Of a DNA stretch of 64,000 bases, positions 28,501 to 42,179 are shown one piece after another. Source of the DNA: Phoronis australis (taxonomy: Eukaryota; Animalia; Phoronida); NCBI GenBank assembly GCA_002633005.1, contig NMRA01000214.1:394414-458413 (forward strand), written 5' to 3'. Each line of letters opens with the position of its first letter. Within the stretch, counting starts at the first letter, position 1. The notes under the pieces are model-generated. The model did no database searches. It was given only the letters and a program-made list of their open reading frames with translations, and was not told where the DNA came from. A program made the translations under genes and the position numbers.

Positions 28501-31500
28501 ACTCCCCAGAAGTGTTAATCTGAAACTAGGACCTCAGTAAAATGCGTTTTTTTCACCAAATCGACTCAGTCACATATCACTGAATGCACAGACACCACCA
28601 CATTCAACATCCGATCATTAGCCAAACAAACCACTCGACCTTTGAATTGCTCACTATGATTAGCATGACTATTCAATCTGGAAAAGCGCGCCGTGGGGGA
28701 GCCCAGGGGAAGTGCACTTACTGCAGACACAGTCTTAAGAGTCTGAGATATTTGATCAGCAAATGACAAACGAGCGTATGAGAGTGACAGATTCACCTAA
28801 TCTCATCCTCAGGCGTTGGTATTACGAAATCGATGAATCGACTTTGATTGGATGTTGTTAGCAATAGCCATTAGCCTGCCATGTACGTGATAGCTATTTC
28901 TTGCTTTTTATTTAGCATTGAAAATGGCTTGAGAGTGCCAGGAGTTAACTCTCGGAAAACTGATTTTCTCTGCACTGTTCGGTTGTAAAGTACTCCCACA
29001 CCGTCTAAAGATGGAAACACATGAGGTCAATAATGAGAGTTCTGCTCAATCCGGAACAATCGGCCACAGCTAGACTCATCAATATAAAGCCAAGAAAGGC
29101 AGGTGCCAAGGTCAGAGGTCATCCAATCACATTAAAGTGGCTACAGACCCGCCTTCCATTGTAAAAACAACTTTTGTTTTAGACCCGACTCAATGTAATG
29201 AATACTAATTGTTTATTAGTCAAATTGTCTGAGTGATTTCAAGGCTTCAACAGGACAGATAGGACCGTTACGAGGACTTGGGGGGTTTACAAGTTTTCTC
29301 ATCATAAACAGCATGTCATCTTATGCACTGTACAGAGCAATAACGAACTGTTTGCAAGTGGCAAACAAGCAGAGACCAAATTTATGCAGTAAATCAAGTT
29401 CGCTCTATTCTTGGACTGAGGGCACATTTTGCCACTTTAAATGCTCAGTAGATAGTGTTAATGGACACAGACAACTCTTTTTAACTACTCAACGTATGGA
29501 AAGCAGTTGATCAACAAGAGGGAGTGATGACTACGGCACCTGAATGAATGAATTGACACAGGTTGGAGCCTGGTTATACTGGCACCAACTACTTAAAACA
29601 AAATCTCCCATTAAATTGTACATTCATCAACTGTACATCTATAAAACCTTTTCAGTGTATTCCCTGGAATCATAAGCAACTAAGCCTGCATTCCATCACA
29701 AAAACTAATTTTCGATTTAGACCCAACTAGGCCTCATGAAGTTGGTCTCAAACTGTTCCCCGGCCAATCAGTTCTGGGCTTTAAAGAACTGACCATTGGT
29801 CATTGCCAAGACCAGGCTATAGCCACCCATTTTGGTGGATATCCATTCACATTAGGCTAAATGATAAATGATCAGAAATATCACAAATTATCACGACTGA
29901 AGCCTTGCATGAAAACCTATATCAACCGCTGATACAAGCTCAGAGACCAGCTTTACAAAAGTTTAAATCATAAGTTAATTTGTCCACCTGAAGGCAGGTT
30001 TACACAAGGTTTAGACAAACTTAAGTACATGTTCCATTTGATGAATCACATTCAGGACTAACAAAAACACATGTTACCCAACATTATGAAACTCATTTTT
30101 TAATGTAATGCAGCATGGTTTAATTAAATGCAACATATCAGTCATTCTCCACTCATTAATAGCCTACTTAACCTCATTTCGCCCACCAAGAATTACTTTG
30201 AACTTCATATTTTGCACGAAGGCAAACTTGGTGCAAATTTCCGGCAGTGACCTAAATCCGTCGCAGCCAGCTTTGCACTTTAGAAAGCATCAGCACACTA
30301 AGCCCAGTCATTGATTCTAGAGACAACACACCTTTTTAACTGTGTTACAACATTGCATATTCCCATGCCAAATGATGTTGTATGGATTTCGAATGCTATT
30401 GTTTAACTAGCGAGATCCAATGCGATGGGCGTAAGCGCGTCGCATGGTTATCGCCTGTGGGACACTTAATCATTGTTATCCTTTGTTGTATCTTTGTTGG
30501 ATATAACAAAACAGGTCGCACAGATATTGTACCTTGGGCGCTCATCAGCTGGTTACCGATAAATGCTCGCCATTATTTTTATTATAAGAAAGAAAAACAA
30601 GTGAAGAAGATATCTATGTCACGAGCTAGCACCCTAGTTTCCCCCCCTCATGTGGGTCACCACTTAAATCAAGCATATATCTGGCATATCTCATGCTCTA
30701 TTTACGTGTGGTGAAAGGGGTGACCTCCAGGGGTGAGAGTTGTGTCACTCATATGCTGAAAAGGGTGTTTCACCAATGCTGGATGACAGGATAAAATTTC
30801 CTGAATACTATTAATTGGGTCACGTTGGCAACCTGTAAGCCGCATTTCATTAATTTCACACACTGGTTGTGGCGTACAGGGAAGAATGATATGGCAATGT
30901 CCACGCAGGCTGAAGTGGGTCACAGATGCTTGATTATAAGTTCCGCACAACCATCAAATACAAGGTCTGTATACTCAGTTTATCTGGCGAACCCAGATAA
31001 TCAGGAAAATATTTTAAATTTATTTCATGCCGAATCAATGGAGAATTTCTGTAACCACGGATGCTCAGGAGAGCAAAAACGTTGACTTATCTCTACGTAA
31101 TTATTGTACCTAATCCACCCATCAACGAAATCGTTCTTGGCTATGACTAATCAGTCATGCACTTATTGTGCCATAAACAAAATACTTCTCAGTTGAAGTA
31201 ACATATTTCTAAAATATACAAACATGACAATTGAAAAAGTTACTTTGAATGTCTTTGCTATTTTTTCTTTCTTTTCAGTTTTGTTTTGGTTAGATCAACG
31301 CCACATATCATGCCTTCCACATCTGACGAAGAGCACCAAAACAAGATTGACGTGCTTCAATAGTGAGGGTCACTGAACTGGTAATTACGAGCAAAATATT
31401 AATTGTGTGTGGATACTTTGGTTACGAAGACTGGTCTGAACTGATTTTTATGCTAGGAATTAGTAGGCAATATTGGGGTTTGCTTGCCAGAGTCACGGTG

Positions 31501-34500
31501 TTTGGCCAGATTGTTTACGATAGTGATGCCCAACATTCCTGCTTAGCCCCTTAGTATAATTCCGCCTCACTATTGACATAACAGATTGTGTGGTAGGCCT
31601 CTCACAAACATTCGTTGGCAATGAGACTACAACTAAGTAAAACTTTTGCATTTCCTAACCATTTTGTCAAGGGAACATATGTACCCTGATGTCTCATCCA
31701 CATGACGTGAAGTTAAAAGCAATGCAATGCGATCATTTAGATTAACGTATTGATTCACTTCCATCAGTAAACGTCTATCTGATGCTCCAGGAACAGCCAG
31801 TTTACTACAGCAGTGCTTTAATACCAACAGACGTTTGCAGCTGATGGCAGGTTTAATTAGTGATGTTGTTAATTCAACACCATGGTCTTTGTTTCACGAC
31901 TCAAGTCATAACGCTCAAATGGAACAATACATGATTTGAAAAGGTACTTATCCAGACCAGTCAAATAAGTGAGACATTGATTTGGCAAACAGATATATTC
32001 AATTATGTAAAACATTTTGTAGGCACTTTCTTGATTTATCGCATTTTGAGTTACAGTTCACAACTTCTTTACATTTTGACAATAAACGGTGCATTATTAA
32101 ACGTGGAGGGAAAAAATGAACCTTGAAATCCCAAAATATACAAATTCAACAGTAACGAAGGAGATATTCAAAAACAGGAAGATTGTGACATGTGACTAGG
32201 AGTTTTAATTGCCATGTGCATTTGTCTTACAGAAGTGAGATGCACATGCAATTATCATTGGTAACAATATGAGAAATAACTCCAAACTGTGATCGTGTCT
32301 GAAGCAGTAAGCATTCGTCTGGAAGTGCACCCGGATTTTAACAGCAGACAAATAAGTCACTACTGGGCAATAAAAGCAGACGGATAGCTCACCATTGGAC
32401 AATTCTTCTTTTATCACCCCCCATGGACCGATATTGTTTTGCCGCACAAAATGTGACGTTGGCCATACGGGAACCATACCTACTTCAACAAATTTCAGGG
32501 CTGCAGCTTCATAAAATAGCCACAGATATCGATTACATGCTGCACGCTACAATGAGTTCAGAAAGCAACACGAAGTGACTGCACTTGTATTAGTCGTCCA
32601 TTACACAACACAGAACCCTAAAATGGAGTAATAATTTTTTCGTATTTCCTTTTTTCCCAGGAATAACAATATTAATTTGACTAAGTTTGATTTGCTAGTA
32701 AACTGAAGAGTTGGAAAAAAGTCTATTCACGAGACAGTCTGCATGAAAAGTAAACTAGTAGAATTACAAAATTATGACATCACTAAAGCACGTGGCCACG
32801 ACCTAATTGTTGCGGGTCATGCGTAATCTCGCACTTGGATAAAAATCAAATTTCAAACATTAAAAATATCCTGGAAATACACGTCGAAAGTAACGAGACA
32901 AAATGCGGTGTTCGCGGGTATGATGGATGATGGTCCTATCTAATCTACATAGAACATTCGACTTGCACTAAGCTATCGAAGAGGAATTCCACTCGCGCTT
33001 GGTGAAGCAATTATAACAAGGTCAACTCCCCACCCTGTTCAGCGGAGCGTCCAGGCCAATACACCCTACAGCATACGAGATGATTAGACACCCCTATGTG
33101 TGTAACTGAATAAGTGCGCAGCTGGTAATTACCCCGGCATTGTCTGCAGGTTTGTGGCCACTCTGACTAGTACTCCAGGCAAGTTATCCAATAACAAGAT
33201 ACCCTCACCTTGATAAGGTGGGGTAAGTTGTCACACACGTGTCAAGTCGCTCCTGAGTGTATGCACGCCACTAAACCTAGTGATAACTAAGGTGTTCATG
33301 GGTAACTCACAGTGTGGATGGCACTTAAGGCTGGTCTGTTCCATAATTCATTGAGAGTTGAGTAACATTGGTAAAAAGGTCAATCATGTGATACAGTGCA
33401 CTCTTCTGCTGTTAGTTATTGTTGTATTTGTGTATGGTTATCTATGACATGTTATTTGATATAACGACACACTAACGGAATAATGCCATTCTTCTGTGAA
33501 CATTATTTGCCAGTGCTTCTTAGTTGAAAAGGTATTATTGTACAAAAAATCTCCAATTGCCTTTAGATACATTAAATATTAAAGGCATGTATGCAGATTT
33601 TTCTGTGCCAATATTCACAACTAGAAAGGCACTGATTACCAGGAAAACTTGTAATAGGATAATTGAATCATGAAAAAATTATGTATTTGAATATCAAATT
33701 TGAGTTTTCCCTGCAGCTAAAGATAGTGTGTGATTCTAACTGCCATAAGTCAAAAAGTCCACACATAGCCCTGCTGACACTTTGCGCTTATCAATCTGGT
33801 GATTTGTGACAATCTGTGTGGTGCATAACAAAAACAGGGCAAAGTATTTAATAACACTGAAAATTAAAGGCCAAGTCATAACGCATGACAGATTTGAATT
33901 ATTGGATATTAATAGATTTACTTCTAGATTATCACTAACAAAGAGTACACTTTCCTGAATCACTATTGATTTGCACCAGAGGAACTAATTTGAGTTCAGT
34001 CTCTCAGGAGCAGAGCTGAGCAGAAGGAGCTTTGTGATTGGCTAGTCCAAAGACTGTGAAATGACAGCTTTTGATTGGCTGGCTGGTGTTGATAGTGTGA
34101 TTAAAATAGCAGAGTCACAGCAGCAGAACCAATACATAAACTACCTGGAATTTATGCACGTGCTGGGGCCCACATCTTCTAACCTATTTACAACAATCAG
34201 CAGGAGGCTAGGAATTAATTTTTCAAACCAAACAATAAATAGTCCAAGTTCCAGGGCTGAGACAATTTATGAAAGTGAATCTCAAAACCACTTGACAAAG
34301 TCAAGACTCCCACATTGTGCTGACTGAGGATAAACACTTGCATGGCAATGTCAGCTAGTCCCTTGTGCATGCTGTGACCTTCTGCTGGGAAATGGTGTTA
34401 TTGTTCAAGAAACCTGCGATTTTGTCCTTGCCGTTTTTTTATGATAAAAACAATCAAACAGAGCCCTGGGAAAAATGTGTGCATTTGTCAAGACTGAAGC

Positions 34501-34691
34501 AACAATGCAGCATTAAATTTCAAACTGAAAATCTGATTGTTCATTTACTCATAAGTTTAACAATCAATAAAGGGACATTACTGGTTTTTGTGCTGAAAAA
34601 CACATTTATGTGATTATTTTTGGGTGGGACAGACTTATTGAAGTCATTAGCTTAGATCAGACCTATAAAACAACAAAATCTGTCTTTTGTG

Positions 34692-34752
34692 GTTTTATTA
34701 CTAATCGCCAATTCTCGCAGTTTTATTACTAATCGCCAATTCTCGCAGTTTT
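34692..34752. repeat. Perfect 28-bp tandem duplication
   Basis: GTTTTATTACTAATCGCCAATTCTCGCA twice, then GTTTT. Confidence 0.95.
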
Positions 34753-34944
34753 CTGCCAGATATTCGCTGATATCAAGGCCAGGGTCTGTACCATTTAAAT
34801 GCATTTATAACACTCAGCAGTTTAACATGTGGTATTTGACTCAGTGGTAGAACTTTAGGCTGCAACTGCAGAACTAATGAGTTCGATTCCACACTCCTGC
34901 TAATTTCTGCAAAATTACTTAACTCCCCCAGAATGTCACTTTAA
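34735..34944 (+). mobile_element. Repeat family D, copy 1: tRNA-like A/B boxes next to an AATGTCACTTTAA end
   Basis: CCAATTCTCGC...ATTCGCTGA.ATCAAGG shared with 43572-43781. A-box-like TGACTCAGTGG (34837-34847), B-box GAGTTCGATTCC (34879-34890). Confidence 0.6.
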
Positions 34945-37502
34945 GTGTAAACTAAGGTTGTTTTTGAAAAGCCTATACCATTTCCCGTCTTCGACTAATT
35001 AACCGACTGAATCCCACACGGAGTATAGCATTTTTTTAATGATCTCAGCCAGTCGTATAATACTCACTTTCAGAAGCATCGGCTTTGAAATCCCGCCAAC
35101 AACAGCTAACCAAATTGCAGTTTTCGGGGTGAAATCTACAAATATTTTTTTGATATAACTATTACCAGTGTAATGTGCGTTGAACACCATCCTTGAACTC
35201 ATAAAAATTAATGGTGGCTAAAGTGAGTTTGCATATAATGAGATATTACTAAAGGTCACATATCCATCTGCCAGGGAAGTTCAGCCGGCTTCACATATCT
35301 TTATGAAAATAACATCAAATCAAACGAAAAACACATTGATGTAAGAAAATCAAAATATGTTTTGGTGGAAAAACTCAAATGAAGTGCAGTCTGAGACAAA
35401 TTTGCGTAATTTTAATCAACTATGCTCATTTTCTTCATTCATTGCCATGGATTATGTCACTTTGAGCAAAACCAATCGGTGAAAAAACGAAATGATCAAA
35501 TGCTGTTTGGAAGATTTATCCATCTTTTCAGTAGACAAGTCAAACAAAAGTGCAGGATTTTTCTTAAGCAACATTGTAGGCACAGAGATAACGCACGTAA
35601 TTATCTAACTATTGAGTCATTATTTTTCACTGAACAGACTGGATTAGCTCATTATTAAATGATAATTTGATTACTAATATTAGCATTAGCCAATTTCCAT
35701 GATCAAGATGAAGGACATAAGAACGGTCAGAAGCTCGTAACACAAAGGCATGAGGCACAGATAGACAGGATTATTGACCTAAAACAATTCACAGCATGAA
35801 TTTATGTAGTTAACAAAACCCTAATTACCTATCCTCAACATCCTTCCTCCCGCTGATCAGTTTAATCATTTTAAATGCCATTTAAAATGATTTGCTTGGT
35901 ATAAAGTGGACGCTACATGTGAGTGCGGTCCATGCAGCTGGCACGTGTGTCTGGAATTGAACATGCAGCCATCAGCCCTTATAATTGTATAGTCTTAGAA
36001 TGGTCTGGTTCTTTAAAAAATGATCGAAATGTTCAACAAAAATGGTACCTATAATTCGCATCTATTGAACCCTTGTGGTTTTGCAATTAACCTCCCATAA
36101 GCAAGCCACACTGCTGATGCAGACCTTGAAACACATGGTAGAGATTTAATAGAAACCAGAGCATGTGTGTAATCAAACACAATAAAGCCAGCAAGGAAAC
36201 ATTATCTTATCAATCCAGCACTGGTTATACATTGTTAGGGGCACAAGCACAGCCAACATGGTATGTAGTACATACAGTAATTGAGTTATGGATTTTATAA
36301 GACATCTGTTCCTGGTAAGGAATAATTACATGCAGCAAGCAGCGCTACCTTTTGGTGTATATAGCAACTATGACAAAAACTGCCAGTGTCGCCATCGCAT
36401 GACACCCTATCAGGGTTGCTCCCATATTGAATAGTGACTCTTAAAAGCAAGCCAAATATTGTAAAATGACTTAAAGAAGTCCGTCAAAACCTCACATGTT
36501 GTATGTTCACTACTGGCAATAGTATTAATGTGTCCCAGAGGACGGTCATACATTTTCAGAAACAAATCGGCCGTTTTTGCATCTTAGACATGGGGTGCAC
36601 ACCTTACAGGGATTACTGAATACTCCCAATCAGACTTGTACACATTTCACCCACATGTAATGGAACCGGGGGTAGTCCAATTCCGACCACCCAGCAAGAA
36701 GCTTTCACATAGTCAAAAACACATTTTACTCTTATAGCACTCACCTCCTTTAGTGGTTCTTTCTGGTTCTATGCACGTGGTCGATGACGCATGTCTATTC
36801 GAATTAAGTTGGATTTTGCCTTGACTTGTTTTAATGTGCGCGATAAGCCCAGATATGCTTAGGTGACATCACACGAGTTAGAGACAGTCGGTGAGGTAAG
36901 CAATAGTAAAACTCAACACAATCTTATGTATATGTTCATATTATGTTTACAAAATTGTCTTCAGAGTCACGTTATGTGTTAAATATAACTCATTTTGTGA
37001 ATATATTTATCAATTACGGTATCATTTACTGTATCATAGAATTTGCGCTTTTTAATATTGTAGCGCAGTGATTGTCTACAAAGTAATAGAACGGTAATTT
37101 TTTAACACTCAGGTAACTAATCCAAGAAGACAGAGTGCAGATTTTAATGACAATAATTTTGCAAGATTTTATTCGTCCAAAGCTGTGTATGTGTAGCTTT
37201 GCACCAAGTCTACGTACTTCCCCGTTCACTAGTTCTCATTGTGCCAACTATAGCAGTGCCAGTGGGGGGAGGAGTTGCCGCCCACCCCCAACTTAATGAG
37301 TGTTGGGGCAAGGTGGGAGCCCCCCTTGCCCATGGGAGTTTATGTCAATCTTTTAATACTTTTTTCTCATACATTATACTTTTAATGACGTAGCCTGCTG
37401 GCTGTATAGAGACTAATGACACCTTGCCTGTTACAGCTGTTTAAATGAAAAACTAATAAATGTCATTTTCATGCGGTCGTAAGACAAATCTTACGTTAAC
37501 AG

Positions 37503-37670
37503 GATTTGCACGCAGTGGACGAGAAGGTATGCACTGTCACCCCAGAGTATCCAGCGAATTCCTCGGCACATAAAGGACATGATGGTACCATCGCAGACTG
37601 AAGTGAGCAAGTCGCTTTTCATGGGCTTGGCCAAATATGTATTGATAGAGATGGCGGTGATAAACAATGC
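37503..37670 (+). repeat. Dispersed repeat family B, copy 2
   Basis: Collinear similarity to 9307-9480. Confidence 0.75.
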
Positions 37671-38405
37671 GTTTTAAGCACACTAGCTTCAAAGTAAAAA
37701 AACGAATACTAAGTAAGGCAAATGATCAACATGACTGTTTTTGAAATTGGATTTAGCAAATATTAGCAGTCTTCAAATTTTTAAAATCGATGCATTGTAA
37801 GAGAAATTAAGGAATAGGGTTTCTACAACAGCGAGGCTAAGCCACATGCGTTAATTTGTGAATGGATGAAGAAGGATTAATCACAGTCTGGTTCAAGCTC
37901 ACTTAGTCGTTGAGGGGAGTTGTTTCATGATTCTCCAGCCTTTGTCACAAAGAAAAAATTGTGGCCGACTTGAAAACATTATACTCGTGACACCTGCATG
38001 CGACCTGGGGCTTTGCTACTATTTTGTGACATGTTTCACATGATGTCGATGACAGCTTCCCCGAAGATGAAGCTTCTGCTAAAAAATTCGGTTTGCTGCT
38101 GAAACCAATTCCGATAATTTATTGTGACATGTATGCACGCAACCCTGTGGAAGAATGAGAAAAATTGATAAAAGAATCACCAAAAAAGAAATTGGCCAAC
38201 AGGTAACGCTCTACTTCATGCCGCTGAAAGCTCGCTTCCTACCAACGCCTACTCATCTGTTCATTGTATTGGACAAAACAGTCTATATATCAAAATAACG
38301 ACAACAAGTAGTTGAGTTTTTAAAACCATACAATACGCAAAACCTGAAAGTAACCTATCCGAACTGGACCAGCGACGGAAGCTGGCCATGCTAAATGAAA
38401 CTCAC

Positions 38406-38640
38406 CAAAACTCCAAAAGTCGCGTGGTCGACATGAAAGCAGACAACAGTGGGAGACAAGTTTACGCAATCGACGCCAGAGGTCCCGCCTGTTCCATACC
38501 TTTGCTATGCGTCAATGCGCCGGTTTGTTTGGATGACACTGTTGCGAAATACCGGGGTCGAGCTTGATTTCACGGTGAGCAAAAGATTAATAGACTCCGA
38601 GCACAGAGTGAAAAGAATAACATTATCTAAGTTGTAGCTT
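38406..38640 (-). other. Candidate first exon of an unidentified minus-strand gene (5' boundary uncertain; possible short CDS MSTTRLLEF from 38434)
   Basis: Donor TTG|GTGAGT at 38405-38400 at the edge of a CpG-rich block, pointing into the CpG-depleted 37-kb region. No obvious upstream acceptor. The ATG context is weak. Confidence 0.4.
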
Positions 38641-41486
38641 CCTGCATGAAGTAAAGCTAAAGAACTATTTCCATTTTTGATAACATCTACTATTATCTTT
38701 CTCGTATAACTGAATTTAGTGTTCCCGGATTTTTCGGCGACAAAACATTTTTGAGCTGACTTACGAATTGTCATAATCATATTGCTTGTCAGTTATGGCC
38801 GAACCGACTTGTGGATGAGACGGTCTCGCTACATGCATGGTGACTGGGGTTAGAATCCGCAACTTTTTTTTTCCATTCTGTTTCCCGAATATTAAAAGCA
38901 AATTCTATGAGCTCATTTACCAGCAAGCGGCATTCGGCGCACGCCGGGTGCGACAGAGGACACAACTTCGGTGGTCAGATGAGGGCTCACTGTTAACAAA
39001 TTGCGATAAAATGAATTATTGCCTCGCAATGGGTGCAAACACCTACTCTGACCGGGCCCGCTAACAAATACAATGCTTGGGTCCTTGTTACCGAATACAG
39101 CCTACAAGATGTACGAGGACCGTGACGGAATCTCCAGTGAGCATCCTCCAAGGTCGTTCCCGGTGGCGACCCCCCTACCCCCGATTGCTGATGTTGCAAT
39201 GGGTTACCAGTCCTTATAATACCAGACGTATGTTAAAAATAATATCCCTCCTGAGTGAAAAGTGGTCTATTTCCAATAAATGTGACATCATATTACATTT
39301 ATCCAGTGTAACGCAACAAACAACATAAATTCGTATGAGCCAAACGTGGAATGAAACGAAATCCGCAACTAACTGTATTTTTCGTCGGACCATATCTTCC
39401 ACAGCTGTTTTAATATGAAAAGTTCCTTCCTCTAACTCAGACTAACTGCAAAGCAAACTAATCTGTTCTAGTCAACAAATCTCTCCTCAGGTCTCTAAAA
39501 TGTTGTATACTCTTGTTTTATACTACAGAGGAATGAGAACGATATACATTTACTCCGTAACGACACGGTGATACCAGTTTACAGATTTCCGTCCACAGGT
39601 GGAGCAAGTTGTCACAAGCCAGTGGGCAAGTTGCACTATGGAATCAAAAAGAATTTCATTCAACACGCTCTAAGAAGAAGAAGACAACCGAGAAATTGTC
39701 TGCTTATCTCAGTGCCATTATGCTGAGAAAAAAATTAACATATTCGCTGCCACACCAATTTCCTGCAAAGGCAAACAAACCATTGATAGCTATTCACTGA
39801 GTAAGATAGCAAGGCAGGAATTAAAGCCTTGAAATACTGCTGTGAAATCACATAATTGTTCAGCGTCAATGTATCACTAACGTAAATAACTTAGTTAAGC
39901 CTAAATGTGTGTATTTGGACCCTAGACACGTTGCCGGGTAACGAGGCAGCGTGGCCGAATCGGAAGGCCGACGTCAGGCGGCGCGGCCGAAGCAACTGCA
40001 GTTGCTGCTGCTTCTTGGCATAGAAAAGGACCTTTATTTTTAAAAAAAATATTAAGAATTCAACGTATATAGTTTATTCTCGGAATGTATGGAATCTAAA
40101 ACTTGAATCATAACTAAAAAGGTCGATCAGGGTCACCACAAAGTCTTCAAATGACCTGGAAATTTAGGGACCATTTTGAGTCTTTTGGTACTCATCCTTG
40201 CAACTGGCCATTGGAGCCCGAGCCTTAAATACTCGCGCACACGCTCTAAAAATGCAAAGAAAAGCCAAACCCATACCTCCATTAAATTGTCAGTATTGGG
40301 TAGCAAATGCTTTCAATATCAAAGAAAACAAGTTACGATAAATCTAATACCAAATATATTTCACGGTCGCAGTCAAGCACTCTTCTGGTGGACTACACCA
40401 CACTCGATAAAGGTATTTTAAGCGTATTTTGGTATAAGTCACGGCCTTGAATGTTTGGCAGACAACGCCGAGAAATCATGATTAGCGATTTGTAACAAAA
40501 TCGCAAAAACATAATTTCATAGTTTTATAGTTCTGATCAAAGCTGATAACTTCAAAAGTTTATCCCACCTAGTAATAATCACCAAAATGCGTAGAAGCGA
40601 TGATATCCCATTGAACACTTACAGACGCTCACCGTTGAATCAGTGATTTTAAAATATATCTGAAATAATTGTCACGGTAAAACTACCCCGAAGAAGAAAT
40701 TAAGTTGAAGCAACCGATCGAAACTACAGTAGCCAGGTTACTACCGGTACGTAGTTCAACCATCCCGATCAATATATCCCTCTTTTGGGAATACTGAATA
40801 CCTGAAGTGCAAGTATGTTCTCAATGGAAATCGTGCCACACGTGGTCCTGCAGTATAGGGACCTTCCGTCCTTATTAATGTAGAGTCGTGGTTCCTCAGA
40901 TATCTGGCTTTAACTTGAGACTAAAATACAACCCTCAGTTTTCTTTTTTGCTAGATTTTTTGCACTAACCTGCCAAAAAGAGTGATTTTTGTGCAACCGA
41001 TATAAACATAAACCGTTCAACCAAATTCACAACGGCAAATGATTTAAATCACAAATTGTTTGTAGTGGCCGACGGCGGGTTTATAAACGCTTTAAATTAG
41101 AGCAATAATTTTGATGTGTCTTCCTGTGAGTGCAAAGACTGTTTCACAGTATCAACCCCGCACCTTTCAGGCTTAAATTAAAAAGTAAAACAAGATATCG
41201 TTGCTTACCGTCTTGAACTACGTTACCTTCACGTACTCCACAGTTACAACACAAAAACACCTACTGATAGAGGTCGCCCCGACTTGGTTTTGCATTTCAT
41301 TGGCCAGGAGAGCAAGACGAACTGGGTGGACAATGAATATTTCAAAGCAAATCGCCGTCATTCAGCCACAGCCTAATCGAATATTTATGCCGACAAAACT
41401 GGATGCAAAATTCGAATAAAATGACTACTTGCATACAAAGACTGCAAAAAATGTAGGTATTTGTAGAAATCACGTGTTTCGTGTTG

Positions 41487-41835
41487 TTAGTGATGATGAT
41501 GATAATGGCTGACAGCGGTGGTATTGATGAAGATGAAGACGACGATAGTGGTGGTTGTGGTGACGGTGATAATAGTATTATTGATGGCGGTGACGGTGAA
41601 GATGGCGAGGATGATGATGATGAAGATGGTGATGATTATGATGACGACGACGATGATGATGAAGATGGTGATGATGATGATGATGATGATAATGATGGCG
41701 ATGGTGATGTTGATGGTGGTGATGGTGAGGATTATGATGATGACGGTGATGATGACATCGATAATCGGGATGGTGATGAAGACGATGTTTATGATAATGA
41801 CGATGATAATGATGACGATGATCATGGCGATTACC
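41487..41835. repeat. Imperfect (GAT/GAC/GGT)n trinucleotide repeat, ~350 bp
   Basis: Direct inspection. It produces the spurious poly-D, poly-M and poly-I ORFs. Confidence 0.95.
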
Positions 41836-42179
41836 ATTGTTTGTTGATAATGTTCACGACGCTTATTTTTCGCTTATTAATTTAAATTAATTCTGTATTG
41901 ATTGAATAATCAAAATCTGTCGACTTGTCCCAAAATAATTTTCTCATCCTTAAAAATTCCCAGTTATTCGCTACATTGTGTACTTCGTGATTATAATTTA
42001 GTTTAGCAGTATTAATTTGTTTTTTTTAATTCAAAATACATCGTAAAGTTAACAAGTGATTGAACTTATCGTTTGAGATTTTCAACAATTTGATGAAGGA
42101 CGTAAGAACTCCTCCTTTTTAAAACAGTCTGCATATATTTAACATTTTATTGTTACCAAATGTAAGACATGTTTTCGGA

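Noticed and set aside
857-37393. Numerous 60-110-aa ORFs in the left half
   Set aside because: No recognisable domains, many non-ATG starts, and lengths typical of random AT-rich intron DNA.
39943-39990. tRNA-Leu-like 5' end GGCAGCGTGGCCGAATCGG
   Set aside because: No B-box, T-arm or acceptor stem; at most a SINE-head remnant.
41481-41885. 134-aa Asp-rich ORF and overlapping poly-Met/poly-Ile ORFs
   Set aside because: All are translations of a (GAT)n repeat, with no splice signals or domain.
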